The notes beneath the pieces are model-generated. The model ran no database searches, was not told the origin of the DNA, and saw nothing but the letters and a program-made list of their open reading frames with translations. Below are positions 19,519 through 30,716 of a DNA stretch of 64,000 nt, one piece after another. This stretch comes from an uncultured bacterium (GTDB lineage: Bacteria > Eisenbacteria > RBG-16-71-46 > CAIMUX01 > WJJG01). Made by a program: the position numbers and the translations under genes. The stretch's first letter is position 1. Each line of letters opens with the position of its first letter. The stretch lies in NCBI GenBank assembly GCA_964573295.1, contig CAZNJE010000022.1, positions 5,761 through 69,760 on the forward strand, in the 5' to 3' direction.

Positions 19519-21435
19519 TCAGGCCGCGCGTCCCTTGCGCCGGTCCCGGCCGGATCGCCGGGGCGCCGGGATCCGCCGTTCCCGATTCGCCTGGATCGGC
19601 AGGCTGATCGTGTAGATCGAACCCCACTCGCCCTCCGCGCGCACGCTGATCTCTCCCCCGTGTTCCTTGACCGCCTGATTGGCGACTGCCAGCCCGAGCC
19701 CGGCCCCTGCGGGCCGGTCGGTCGAGAAGGGCACGAAGAGACTCTCCAGAATATCGCCCGGCAGGCTGTCGCCCGTGTGGGCAATCTCGAGCAACAGCCG
19801 ATCACCTTCCCGCAGTGTTTCGAGACGAATGGTATCGCCGTCTCGGGTGCGTTCGAGCGCGTTGCGCAGGATGTTGATCAACATGTGCTTGATGCGCGCT
19901 TCGTCCAGCAGCAGATCAGGGAGATGGTCGGCGTAGGTTTCCTCGACGAAGATGCCGCGGCCGGTCATCTCCTCCCGCAGCAGAGTCACCGACTCGTGCA
20001 CGATGCGGTTGATCTGATGAACGCCCATCTTCGGCGTGCTTTCCTTCACGAGTTGGATCTGCTCGACCAGGATGTCCTCGATCCGCGCGGCTTCCTGGGC
20101 CAGGATCCGGGCGTCGTCGCGTGTCGATTCCTCCTCGGGCAGGGTCTTCTCGAGCTGGCGCGCGAATCCAGCCACGGCGCTGATCGGTCCCCGGATGTCC
20201 TCGGCCAGCCGCGCGCTGAGTTCCCCGATCGAAGCGAGCTTCTCGGCGGAGATGAGCATCTTCTGCATCTCCTTGAGGCGCTGCTCGGACGCCTTCCGAT
20301 CATCGGCTTGCCGGGCCACCTTGACGGCTACCGCCCCCTGGTGCACCAGGAGTTTGAAGATTCGTTCGTCGCGCTCGTCGAATGGCTGTTCCTCCCAGCC
20401 CTCGAGACGCGCCACAGACGCGGCCACGCCGAGGGTCTCTCCGAAGGCCTTCATGGGGATGACCGAGACGGGCAGGGCGTCCGGCCAGGCGGCCAGATCC
20501 ATCTCCTGGTCGGCACGCAGATCGGGGTAGAGGAAACCCGCCCCCCCTTGCGCGCACCGCGCGGCCAGGTCTCGCAAGCGCGGCAGCAGCGTGTCCATCG
20601 CCTCCGAACTCACCGCCACGTGCTGGGCCGCCAGGTCCAGTCGCTGGGTGACCTGGTCGAAACTCCAGATGATCGTGCGCTGCGCCCGCAAGGCCCGGGA
20701 GGCTGCACGGGCGAGGATGGAGAAGACGTCGGGAAGACTGCTCGCTCCAATGACCTCCTCGGCGGCTTCCTCCACCACCCGGAAGGCTTCGATCTCTTGC
20801 CGGTCGGCGCCCGCCAGCTCGAGCCGATAGAGTCTCTGTGCCAGGTGGCCGGCGATCGCCAGGGCGGCGCGAAACGCGCCGTCGCCGGGTCGCGCGGCCG
20901 CGTGCGGAAGCTGGAGCACCAAGACCCCGCCCAGATAGGCTTCGGTCGCCACCGGCACGAACGCCAGATCGGAGGCCTGTTCCCGCAGGGTGGGAAGCAA
21001 GTCGCACAATCCCGGCTGGGTTTTCGCGGGCACGACGATGAGGTCCCGCTCGCGGCACACACGCGCCCAGGGATTCGGATCGGCATCGAGGGAGACGACC
21101 ACCCCTTGCACGGCGGTATCGAGCCGGCTGCCCGCCCTGCTCGACCCATCGCCCTCCAGGGCCTGCCAGGCCGCACCGCGGAGCTGGTCGCCAGCCCGTT
21201 CGTACGCCAGGAAGAGTGCGAGTGGACAGGCGATCTGCGGCGCGCTCAGCATGCCGCGCAAGGCCGCAGCGATTGCCTCGCTGGCTTCCGATGCCGTGTG
21301 GATAGCGAGCGCGCACCGATCGGCCGCCGACAAATCGATGTCCTCTCCGGATGCAGCTCTGTTATACTCGCTCCCCACAGGAATCGACAGGTCGCCAGGC
21401 TCGTGACCACGCGGTTCGCCAGGACGAGGTGTCAT
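19519..21435 (-). CDS. Cytoplasmic sensor histidine kinase (GAF domains + HisKA + HATPase_c)
   Basis: The ATG at 21435 is preceded by GGAGG. The C-terminus has the H-box region ISAVAGFARQLE, an N-box ILRNALE, and G-boxes DTIRLE...GAGLGLAVA. No TM segments were seen. Confidence 0.75.
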   Translation of the reverse strand: MTPRPGEPRGHEPGDLSIPVGSEYNRAASGEDIDLSAADRCALAIHTASEASEAIAAALRGMLSAPQIACPLALFLAYERAGDQLRGAAWQALEGDGSSRAGSRLDTAVQGVVVSLDADPNPWARVCRERDLIVVPAKTQPGLCDLLPTLREQASDLAFVPVATEAYLGGVLVLQLPHAAARPGDGAFRAALAIAGHLAQRLYRLELAGADRQEIEAFRVVEEAAEEVIGASSLPDVFSILARAASRALRAQRTIIWSFDQVTQRLDLAAQHVAVSSEAMDTLLPRLRDLAARCAQGGAGFLYPDLRADQEMDLAAWPDALPVSVIPMKAFGETLGVAASVARLEGWEEQPFDERDERIFKLLVHQGAVAVKVARQADDRKASEQRLKEMQKMLISAEKLASIGELSARLAEDIRGPISAVAGFARQLEKTLPEEESTRDDARILAQEAARIEDILVEQIQLVKESTPKMGVHQINRIVHESVTLLREEMTGRGIFVEETYADHLPDLLLDEARIKHMLINILRNALERTRDGDTIRLETLREGDRLLLEIAHTGDSLPGDILESLFVPFSTDRPAGAGLGLAVANQAVKEHGGEISVRAEGEWGSIYTISLPIQANRERRIPAPRRSGRDRRKGRAA

Positions 21436-21524
21436 GCTCGTGATTCCTCCCCTCTCGGCCGTGGGCCCGGCGCCTTGGATCGGACCCGCCCCGCGGCGGT
21501 GTCCGCAGCAAGGAGGAGGATCGT

Positions 21525-21859
21525 CCATGGGAACGAATCCCAGTGAGCCTCACGCCACTAGCCCCGGAGCTGGCCCGCCCAAGCAGGTGCAGGTGCAGCT
21601 CGGTGAGACGGAGGCGGAAGGGGTCTATGCAAATCTCGTGCTGATCACCCATTCGGCCTCCGAGTTCGTCTTCGACTTCGCTCGCATGGTTCCCGGAACC
21701 GCCAAAGCCAAGGTCTATTCTCGCATCATCATGACGCCGCAAAACGCAAAGTCATTGCGTTCGGTGCTCGACCGCAACATCGAGAACTTCGAGAAGCGCC
21801 ATGGCAAGATCCAGGCGTCGTCGACCCAGGAATCATCTAGGGAGATCGGCTTCAAATAG
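21525..21859 (+). CDS. DUF3467 family protein
   Basis: The ATG at 21525 is preceded by AAGGAGGAGGA. GVYANLVLITHSASEFVFDFARMVPGTAKAKVYSRIIMTPQNAKSL matches the DUF3467 core. Confidence 0.7.
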
Positions 21860-21882
21860 GACTTCTTGAGCCCGGAGGAGTG

Positions 21883-23097
21883 ATGGATCTATCGAAACGC
21901 TCTGCGCTTGCCCCTGCCTCACCCATTCGGAAGCTGGTGCCTCTGGCCGACCAGGCCAAGACGCGGGGTCTTCATGTCTACCACCTGAACATCGGTCAGC
22001 CGGATATCCCCACCCCACCCGTCATGTGGGAGGCCATCCCGAAGGCCGACATCAAGGTTCTCGAGTACAGCCCCTCGGGGGGGATGGCACCGTTCCGGAA
22101 GGCCCTGATCGACTACTATGACCGCGCCGGCCTGTCCATCGCTCCCGAGCAATTGCTCGTCACCACCGCCGGGAGCGAGGGGATCCTCTTCGCCATGGGC
22201 GTGCTGTGCGACCCCGGCGACCAGGTCCTGATTTCCGAGCCGTTCTACGCCAATTACAACGGCTACGCGGCCCTCCTCGGCGTGGAGGTCGTGCCCGTAA
22301 CGGCAAGACCGGAGGACGGCTACGCGCTGCCGCCCACCGAGGCGCTCGAGGCGAAGATCACCGAGCGCACCCGGGCGATCATCACCTGCAACCCGAACAA
22401 CCCCACTGGGCGGGTCTATCTGCGCGACGAGATGGACCGTCTGGTAGCCCTGGCGAAACGCCACGGCCTGGCCGTCATCTCCGATGAGGTTTACCGGGAG
22501 TTCTGCTACGCGGACGAAACCCCGATTTCGATCTTGAGCTATCCGGAGATTGCCGATCAGGCTGTCATGGTCGACTCGCTCTCGAAGCGATTCAGCGCCT
22601 GCGGGGCCCGGATTGGCTGCCTGGTGTCCCGCAACACCCAGATCGTGGCGGCCGCCATGAAGTTCGCCCAGGCGCGCCTGTCTCCGCCGACCCTCGGCCA
22701 GGTCATGGGGACCGCCGCCCTCGGCCTGCCGCAGAGCTATTTCGATGAGGCCATTGACGAGTACCGGCGGCGCCGCGATGTCGTCTTCGCCGAACTGCAG
22801 AAGATGCCCGGAGTCGTTTGCCATTTGCCCCAAGGGGCGTTCTACATCATGGCCAAGCTACCGGTCCCCGACGCCGAGGAGTTCGTCAGCTGGCTCTTGA
22901 CAGATTTCTCTGTGGACGGCGCCACGACCATGATGGCCCCCGGCAACGGTTTCTACGCGACTCCGGGTGCGGGCGCAAGTGAGGTCCGGATAGCTTACGT
23001 TTTGAATGACAGCGATTTGCGGGCTGCCATGCATGTGGTTTCTGAGGGCCTGAAGGTCTTCGAGCCTCGTACCACCGCCCCCGTTGCGCGCGGCTAG
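21883..23097 (+). CDS. Pyridoxal-phosphate-dependent aminotransferase, class I (aspartate/aromatic aminotransferase-like)
   Basis: The SD GGAGGAG lies upstream. The PLP-fold landmarks are NIGQPD, the Schiff-base lysine context DSLSKRFSACGARIG and the NPNNPTG-type motif. Confidence 0.85.
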   Translation: MDLSKRSALAPASPIRKLVPLADQAKTRGLHVYHLNIGQPDIPTPPVMWEAIPKADIKVLEYSPSGGMAPFRKALIDYYDRAGLSIAPEQLLVTTAGSEGILFAMGVLCDPGDQVLISEPFYANYNGYAALLGVEVVPVTARPEDGYALPPTEALEAKITERTRAIITCNPNNPTGRVYLRDEMDRLVALAKRHGLAVISDEVYREFCYADETPISILSYPEIADQAVMVDSLSKRFSACGARIGCLVSRNTQIVAAAMKFAQARLSPPTLGQVMGTAALGLPQSYFDEAIDEYRRRRDVVFAELQKMPGVVCHLPQGAFYIMAKLPVPDAEEFVSWLLTDFSVDGATTMMAPGNGFYATPGAGASEVRIAYVLNDSDLRAAMHVVSEGLKVFEPRTTAPVARG

Positions 23098-23138
23098 TCA
23101 CGCCAGCCGGGAGCGTCCGGCGGCCCGGGCTGCCTGGG

Positions 23139-23190
23139 CTCACCCGGCTACCCCGGCTTCCCGGGCTACCCCGGCTTCCCGGGCTTCCCG
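23139..23190. repeat. Tandem 16-bp repeat (CCGGCTTCCCGGGCTA)x~3 in the convergent intergenic region
   Basis: The repeat is seen directly in the sequence, between the aminotransferase stop and the LysR stop. Confidence 0.5.
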
Positions 23191-23203
23191 GGCTCGCAGG
23201 CTG

Positions 23204-24088
23204 CTAGGCCGAACCCTTCGGTAACAGGGCCAGCAGGGCCGCGGCCGCCCGCAGGTCGGGTGCGTCGCGGCGGTGGATCAGACCGCTGCGGCGGAAGATC
23301 CGTAGCCCTGCCACGCGGAAGCTGCCCAGCCGGCCGCTGCGCAAGTCGCCCTGAACCTGCGAGCGTGTAAGCGGCGCGATCCCCAGCCCCAGGGCCACGA
23401 GTTCCCGGATCGCCTCGGGTGAGCTGACCTCCATGGCGACACCCACGACCAGCCCCTCGCGCTGGAGGGCCCCTTCGATCTCCCGGCGGCTCACCGAGTC
23501 GCCTCCGTGTTGGATGACCATCTCCCCTGCGAGGCGGTCCGCGGGTACCCGTCGCCGGCCGGCCAGGGGATGGTCGGGAGCGGTGATCCAGATCATCTCG
23601 TCCCGGTGAAGCTCGCGCACCACGAGGTCGGCGTGTTCCTGCGGCAGGGTGACGAAAGCCAGATCCAAATCGCCCCGCAGTACGCGCTCGCGCAGCCCAC
23701 GGGAGCCTTCGACCTCTACGGCCACCTGAACGCCCGGATAGCGGCGCCGGTAACGCTCGAGCACTCGCGGCAGGAGGTGGATGGCCATCAGGTCAGTCGC
23801 GCCCACGCGGAGCCGTCCCCGCCGCAAGGACCCACCGGCTTGCAGCTCTTCGAGGATATCATCGGCCTCGCGCAGCAGCAGTTGAGCCCGCCGGTAGAGC
23901 AGCTCTCCAGCGGCGGTGGCCCGTACCCCCCGCGCCCCGCGCACGAGCAGCCGGTCGCCGGCTTCCCGCTCGAGCGCCTGGATCTGCACGCTCAGGGCCG
24001 GCTGCGTGCGATAGAGCCGTCGGGCGGCAGCGGTGATGCTGCCCAGTCGCACTGTCCAGACGAAGCTACGCAACTCGTCGAGGTCCAT
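23204..24088 (-). CDS. LysR-family transcriptional regulator
   Basis: The ATG at 24088 is preceded by GAGGAGG. The N-terminal HTH is MDLDELRSFVWTVRLGSITAAARRLYRTQPALSVQIQALE. A C-terminal substrate-binding domain follows. It is divergent from the inositol-phosphate synthase gene. Confidence 0.8.
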   Translation of the reverse strand: MDLDELRSFVWTVRLGSITAAARRLYRTQPALSVQIQALEREAGDRLLVRGARGVRATAAGELLYRRAQLLLREADDILEELQAGGSLRRGRLRVGATDLMAIHLLPRVLERYRRRYPGVQVAVEVEGSRGLRERVLRGDLDLAFVTLPQEHADLVVRELHRDEMIWITAPDHPLAGRRRVPADRLAGEMVIQHGGDSVSRREIEGALQREGLVVGVAMEVSSPEAIRELVALGLGIAPLTRSQVQGDLRSGRLGSFRVAGLRIFRRSGLIHRRDAPDLRAAAALLALLPKGSA

Positions 24089-24232
24089 CCCCTCCTCCTC
24101 GTCATAGTTTTTCTTTATGGAAGCAATAAAGACTATATGGTTTCTCAATCGCTGGCAACCGGCTACGGTACCGGCCGAGGTTGGGGCCGGGAGATCCGGC
24201 CTGCAAAGCAGACCATGGATGCAAGGAGGCAA

Positions 24233-25547
<1,315 letters not shown>

Positions 25548-25602
25548 CCACCGCCGTCGGCGAAGGGAGCCGCGGAGGGAGCCGCGGAGGGAGCCGCGCA
25601 GA

Positions 25603-25641
25603 GAGGCACCGTTTTTGCCCCGGGGCAAAAAACGGTGCCTC
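25603..25641. terminator. Perfect 19-bp palindrome GAGGCACCGTTTTTGCCCC|GGGGCAAAAAACGGTGCCTC (bidirectional terminator candidate), preceded by a tandem GGGAGCCGCGGA x3
   Basis: It is seen directly. It sits between the convergent ino1 and FAH genes, and T/A runs flank the stem on both strands. Confidence 0.5.
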
Positions 25642-25661
25642 ATCGTATCGCGGTGCGGCCG

Positions 25662-26522
25662 CTAACGGGCGACCCGGTTCACCAGGGTGCCCACGTTCTC
25701 GAGGCTCACCTCCACCCGGTCGCCGTCCTGCAGGAAGACGGGCGGGTCCTGGAACACCCCGACCCCCGACGGTGTCCCGGTCGCAATCATATCGCCGGGC
25801 AAGAGGGTCATCTGGGCCGAGACGTAGGCGATGATCTCCCGGCTCGATACCATCATCTCCGCCGTCGAGGCTTGCTGCCAGATCCGGCCGTTCACCTTCA
25901 GCGAGATCGCCAGCCGGTCCGGATCCCCGGCCTCATCCAAGGTCACCGCCCAGGGACCGGCTGGACCGAAGGTGTCGTAGCTCTTCCCCCGCAGCCACAA
26001 TTTGTCTCCAAACTGCGCCTCGCGTCCGCTGACGTCGTTGAACGCGGTGATTCCCGCCACGCAATCAAGCGCGTCCTTGGTCGGAACGTTCTTCGCCCGC
26101 CGGCCGATGATCAGCGCCATCTCGGCCTCGGCATCTGGCTTCGATTCGTGGGGCGGCACCACGATGGTCCCCCCGTGCGGCAGCAGGCAGGTGGGGGCTT
26201 TTGCGAACAGCAATGGACGCTCCGACACCTTGCGGTTCTGTTCGGCGGCGTGGCTCGCGTAGTTGCGCCCAAGGGCGATGATCTTGCTAGGCTCGGGGAT
26301 CGGCGGGGCCAGCGGCATGGCACCGAGACCAATTCGATGGTCCGAGCCATACTCTCCAGCGCCGACGACATGTCTGATCTCGGGCAGGAATCCCTCAGCC
26401 AGCAGTCCGCGCCAGCTTCGCGGCCAGTGCGGGAAGGCCGAGGCCAGATCCAGGACCTCCTCGTCCGGCAACAGGACCCCGGGGCGCTCGGCTCCCGCCG
26501 GCCCGAAGCTCACCAGCTTCAT
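25662..26522 (-). CDS. Fumarylacetoacetate hydrolase (FAH) family protein
   Basis: The whole-length similarity pattern is FAH-like: IIALGRNYASHAAE...LFAKAPTCLLPHGGTIVVP...DAEAEMALIIGRRAKNV...ITAFNDVSGRE...GTPSGVG. Confidence 0.8.
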   Translation of the reverse strand: MKLVSFGPAGAERPGVLLPDEEVLDLASAFPHWPRSWRGLLAEGFLPEIRHVVGAGEYGSDHRIGLGAMPLAPPIPEPSKIIALGRNYASHAAEQNRKVSERPLLFAKAPTCLLPHGGTIVVPPHESKPDAEAEMALIIGRRAKNVPTKDALDCVAGITAFNDVSGREAQFGDKLWLRGKSYDTFGPAGPWAVTLDEAGDPDRLAISLKVNGRIWQQASTAEMMVSSREIIAYVSAQMTLLPGDMIATGTPSGVGVFQDPPVFLQDGDRVEVSLENVGTLVNRVAR

Positions 26523-27634
26523 GCCTTCCCTCCTTCCGTCGTTCCGCGGGAACCACGTGCACGGGGTCCCCCCCCGGAGATCTCGCCTTGGTCGATACCG
26601 TCTTCGATGGCAGCGTTTGCAACGGTGGGATTCCCCTCGGCGGCCTCTGCGTCGGTTGCGCCAGGGTTGCTCTCGCTTCCGCCGGTTTCGTTACCCGCGC
26701 TCTCGGCGGCTACTTCGGGAGGCCTCGTCTTCCAGCGGCGGTGCATCCAGAACCACTCTTCCGGCCGTTCGCGCAAGTAGTCTTCGAGGAGGCGCGCGTA
26801 CTCGAGGAGAATGCGCTTCTCCTCCTCCGCGGCCGGTACGTCGGTGCGGGCCACGATGGGTGGATAGAGGGTTCCGCGGTGGCTGCCGTCGGGGTTCCGT
26901 TGATCGAGGCCCACCACCACGCTCGCGCCAGTGCGCACGGCGAACCGAGCCGGCCCAACCGAGGTCGACGCGAGACGGCCGTAGAACGGGATGAACACGC
27001 CGTCGCGCCCGGCATCCTGATCCGCCACCAGGGCCACTCGACCGTTCTGGCGCAGTACCCGCAGGACGGTCTTCAGAGAGGATCCGATCGGGATTTGCTG
27101 CATGCCGACGCGATCACGCAGCCGCTTGATGAGCCGGTCGACGAAGAGATTCTTCTGGTCGCCCGAGATGACGTGGAGGTCCGTGTCGTGATGCCGAATC
27201 ACGGCCCCAAACTGTTCCCAATTGCCGACGTGTGCGGTGAGATAGACGATCCCTTTGCCTCTCTCCTGCGCCGCGCGCATATGCTCGCGGCCCACGAAAT
27301 CGTAGCGAGCGACCAAATCGGCTAGCGTCTGGCGCTCGAATCGGAGGATTTCGATGAAGGTCATGGCGAAGTTCTGATAACAGCGGTGGGCGATGGCCTC
27401 GTACTCGGCGGCGCTGTAGTGGTCCCCGAAGGCGTCCCGCAGGTTCGCCAGCGTCACGTTGCGCCGGATCCGCAGTCCGGAGAAGGCGAGGTCTCCGAGC
27501 CGGCGGGCGACCCACATGCTCGCTCCCCGCGGCAGCATCTGGAGCAGTATCATGACCGCGCGCAGGAGCCCGTACTCCAAGTAATGCTTCGGCCGCTTGC
27601 GGGCCGCTTGCTGATCGCTTCGGTAATGCGCCAT
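26519..27634 (-). CDS. Lysophospholipid / lipid A biosynthesis acyltransferase (LpxL/HtrB-like)
   Basis: The HX4D acyltransferase context is LTAHVGNWEQFG. The ADQDAGRDGVFIPFYGRLASTSVGPARFAVRTG block is LpxL-like. The start is ambiguous: the ATG at 27634 is used, but the GTG at 27667 is an alternative. Confidence 0.7.
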   Translation of the reverse strand: MAHYRSDQQAARKRPKHYLEYGLLRAVMILLQMLPRGASMWVARRLGDLAFSGLRIRRNVTLANLRDAFGDHYSAAEYEAIAHRCYQNFAMTFIEILRFERQTLADLVARYDFVGREHMRAAQERGKGIVYLTAHVGNWEQFGAVIRHHDTDLHVISGDQKNLFVDRLIKRLRDRVGMQQIPIGSSLKTVLRVLRQNGRVALVADQDAGRDGVFIPFYGRLASTSVGPARFAVRTGASVVVGLDQRNPDGSHRGTLYPPIVARTDVPAAEEEKRILLEYARLLEDYLRERPEEWFWMHRRWKTRPPEVAAESAGNETGGSESNPGATDAEAAEGNPTVANAAIEDGIDQGEISGGGPRARGSRGTTEGGKA

Positions 27635-27645
27635 GGCTACACCGG

Positions 27646-28667
27646 CTACGGATGGTTCCCGCGCCACCTTCCCTTTCCGTCAGACCACACCTCGCCCTCG
27701 ATCTCGAGCTCGATGAGCACGCCCAGCAACTGCGCCGCCGAGACGACCGGAAACGCGGCCGCCATCGCCTCCAGTGTGCCGGAGCGGTGACGGCGCAGGT
27801 AGGTTTGCACACATTCGCGCCGCGAAGGCTCCGCCGATGCGGCGGACCGCGGCTCTCTAGCAGAAGCCTCGAGCGTATGGCCGCCGCCGGCAGCGGCTGC
27901 CTCCGAGCCGCTTCCGGGCATGGGTAGGCTCAACTGGCGTGCCGCCTGGCCGTCGTTCATCAACGCCAGGACGTCACTGGCCGAGGTTACCGTGGGCACG
28001 CCGTCGCGGATGAGCCGCAGGGGCAGAACGCTCCCGGGCAATGCCGGATCCCGGGGGACGGTGAAGACGTCGACGCCCTGGTCAACTGCGAACCGTACGG
28101 TGTGCAACGCGCCGCTGCGGGCGCTTCCCTCGATGACGACCACCGCATCGGCCAGAGCGCTGATCAGCCGATTGCGGCGGGGGAAGCGCCACGGATCCGG
28201 CGGGGTGCCGGCCGGCCACTCCGAGAGGAGTGCCCCGCGCCGCTCGATCCGCGCGGCAAGGCAAGCATGCTCGGCCGGGTAGACCCCGTCGAGGCCCCGT
28301 GCCTGCACGGCGATCGTCTTGCCCCCCCCCAGCAGTGCACCGTCGTGGGCCGCGCTGTCGATCCCCAGCGCCAGTCCGCTCACGACGACGACGCCGCGTC
28401 GCGCCAGCCCCCACGCGATTTCGCGGGCGATGGCTAGACCGGATTCGCTCGCCGCCCGCGCCCCCACGATCGCCACTGCGGGTAGCCTCCACAAAGCCTG
28501 GTGGATCTCCCCGGGTGGATAGACCGACCGAACCCACAACGGATGGGTCTCCAAATGATCGGCCAGCCGCGACGGATAGTCCTCCGTCTTCGGCCGCACG
28601 CGATAGATCGGATCGCTGGGTGCTCCCGGTCGTCCCGCCCGTTCGCGGACGCACGCCCCCACCATGG
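27646..28667 (-). CDS. dprA: DNA-processing protein DprA (Smf)
   Basis: The Rossmann-like DprA core is IVGARAASESGLAIAREIAWGLARRGVVVVSGLALGIDSAAHDGALLGGGKTIAVQARGLDGVYPAEH...VVIEGSARSGALHTVRFAVDQGVDVF. The ATG at 28667 is chosen to avoid a 170-nt overlap with the upstream HEAT gene. Confidence 0.75.
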
Positions 28668-28700
28668 GACCACGGCTACCGCCGGCTCCGCTCGAGACAA

Positions 28701-29393
28701 TCACTCCCCGTCGTCCCCACGCAGGTAGCGGACCAGGTGCTGTTTGGGTGCGGGCAACTCGTCGGTGGGACCGAGCTTCTCCCAGGCGACACCGAACGCC
28801 TCGTCGGCGATCTCCTCTATCACTCGCTCTCGTTCGTCGCTCTCGAGCGCGCCCTCGGGACCCATCCACTCGCTGGACTCGATCAGCCGCCGGAGCCGGT
28901 CGGCGCGGTCGGGCTCGCGCCGCCGGAGCTGCGCCAGCACTTTCTCCCGGAATGCCTCCCCGCGCTCATGCAGAAGCTTGGCCACCGCCAGCGCCCTGCC
29001 CCGCGCGCAGAAGTCGAGGAGTGCCCGCTGGGCGGCCTCGGCAATCGTCTGGTTGGAATCCTCCAGATGGCTGATCACGAGAGCGAGGCCCCGCGGTTGG
29101 CCCAACCGCCCGAGCACCCGCAGCGAGGCCGCCCGCGTGTACCAGAGCCCCGAACGGGCGGCGATCTCCACGGCGGGGGCCGCCTGGGCGCCGAACCCAA
29201 CCAGGGCCTCGCCCGCGCGCTCGCGCAGATACCAGGACTCATCGCCCAGCACCTCGATGAGTTTCGGAACGGCGACCTCGGCCGATTCCCCGCACAAGCG
29301 ATCGACGTAGTTGCGCGCACTTTCGAGCTGGGCGCCCTCGTTCCCGGTGGCGCGACCAGGGGGCTTCAGGGGTAGATCCTTGCGATCGTTCAA
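28701..29393 (-). CDS. HEAT/PBS-lyase-like repeat protein
   Basis: Repeated LxxLxDxxxxVRxxAxxAL-type helical repeats are present (LIEVLGDESWYLRERAGEALV..., ...AASLRVLGRLG..., ...HLEDSNQTIAEAAQRALL...). It overlaps the obg stop by 4 nt. Confidence 0.55.
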   Translation of the reverse strand: MNDRKDLPLKPPGRATGNEGAQLESARNYVDRLCGESAEVAVPKLIEVLGDESWYLRERAGEALVGFGAQAAPAVEIAARSGLWYTRAASLRVLGRLGQPRGLALVISHLEDSNQTIAEAAQRALLDFCARGRALAVAKLLHERGEAFREKVLAQLRRREPDRADRLRRLIESSEWMGPEGALESDERERVIEEIADEAFGVAWEKLGPTDELPAPKQHLVRYLRGDDGE

Positions 29394-30637
29394 GACGCGT
29401 CCTCCTCATCGAGCGTCGCCATCACCCAGGCGCCTTCGCGCCGGGGAATCACCCAGCCGTGGGGCCAGGGGTAGTCAGCACCTATCCGTGGTTCATCATC
29501 AGCATCAGCGCCAGGCGGCCGAACAACGGTCCCACCATCGCCGGAGTCCTCGGCCGGAAACTCGGCGTTCGTTGCCCCGGCTTCGGCCGGGCGCCAAAGG
29601 GAACCGGCCGTGGCGCCGGCACCTTCTGCGGAGCGAACCGGGGCTGGCAGACTCCCATCGCTGGTATCGAGGGCCTGCTCCTCCAACACGTGCAGGAGCC
29701 GCTTGATTCCCTCGCCCGTGTGGGCCGAGAAGGTCAGCGGAGGTTCCTCGCCCAGCTGCGGGAGTGCAGCCCGCGCCTCCTCGCCCAAGAGATCGATTTT
29801 GCTGTAGCAGACCCGGAACGACCGGCGGCCCAGTTCAGGGCTCCACTCGCTCAGTTCCCGGCGCAAGACGGCGTACACGCCGGCTGGATCGGGATCGAGC
29901 GCGTCGATCAGAAGCAGCAGAAACCGGGTGCGCTCGATGTGCCGCAAGAACCGCTGTCCAAGCCCCTTGCCCTCAGACGCCCCTTCGATCAGCCCGGGAA
30001 GATCCGCCATCAGCAGCGTTCGGTAGGCATCGAGTCCCACGATCCCGAGCTTGGGCTCCAGCGTCGTGAACGGATAGTCAGCCACCTTGGGGCGCGCGTT
30101 CGATAGCCGGGCCAACAGCGTGGACTTGCCGGCGTTGGGCAGCCCCACCAGGCCCACATCGGCCAGCAGCCGCAGCGTCAGCCGCAGCGCCCGACTCTCG
30201 CCCCCGGTCCCGCGGCCGGCGATTCGCGGAACCCGGCGGGTGGGTCGCTTGAAGTGTACATTGCCTCGTCCGCCGCGGCCGCCGCTGGCCAGGAGGACCT
30301 CGGCTTCGGGCTCGACGGCATCGGCCAACAGCTCGCCGGACTCGTGATCCACGACCACCGTCCCCGGTGGGACCGCGATCCAGATCGACTCGCCCCGGGC
30401 GCCAAACATCTGTTTTCCCATCCCGGGCTTGCCGTTTCCTGCTCGGAACGTGGGGGTGTGCCGCAGGTGGCTCAGTGTGCGCAGGTTTGGGTTGACCCGC
30501 AGCCAGACCGACCCCCCATCACCTCCATCACCGCCGTCGGGTCCTCCGCGTGGGACGAACTTCTCCCTCCGAAAGGAGACGCAGCCCGCGCCTCCCCGGC
30601 CGGCCACGACCCGAATGGTACACTCGTCAACGAACAT
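29390..30637 (-). CDS. obg: GTPase Obg/CgtA
   Basis: The ATG is at 30637 (MFVDECTIRVVAGRGGAGCVSFRREKFVPRGGPDGGDGGDGGSV, the Obg fold). G-domain motifs are GLPNAGKSTLL and DLPGLIEGAS. A C-terminal acidic extension follows. Confidence 0.9.
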   Translation of the reverse strand: MFVDECTIRVVAGRGGAGCVSFRREKFVPRGGPDGGDGGDGGSVWLRVNPNLRTLSHLRHTPTFRAGNGKPGMGKQMFGARGESIWIAVPPGTVVVDHESGELLADAVEPEAEVLLASGGRGGRGNVHFKRPTRRVPRIAGRGTGGESRALRLTLRLLADVGLVGLPNAGKSTLLARLSNARPKVADYPFTTLEPKLGIVGLDAYRTLLMADLPGLIEGASEGKGLGQRFLRHIERTRFLLLLIDALDPDPAGVYAVLRRELSEWSPELGRRSFRVCYSKIDLLGEEARAALPQLGEEPPLTFSAHTGEGIKRLLHVLEEQALDTSDGSLPAPVRSAEGAGATAGSLWRPAEAGATNAEFPAEDSGDGGTVVRPPGADADDEPRIGADYPWPHGWVIPRREGAWVMATLDEEDAS

Positions 30638-30716
30638 GGTTGGGAGCCTTTCGCGTCCTCTCGCAGCCAAGGGGGCCGGCGGCGGGACCTATCCGGGGTG
30701 GCTATCCCCCACTCCG

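Noticed and set aside
19375-21546. 723-aa plus-strand ORF
   Set aside because: It is exactly antisense to the minus-strand GAF histidine kinase, which has clear HisKA/HATPase motifs. Long antisense ORFs are expected at ~68% GC. It has no recognisable domains.
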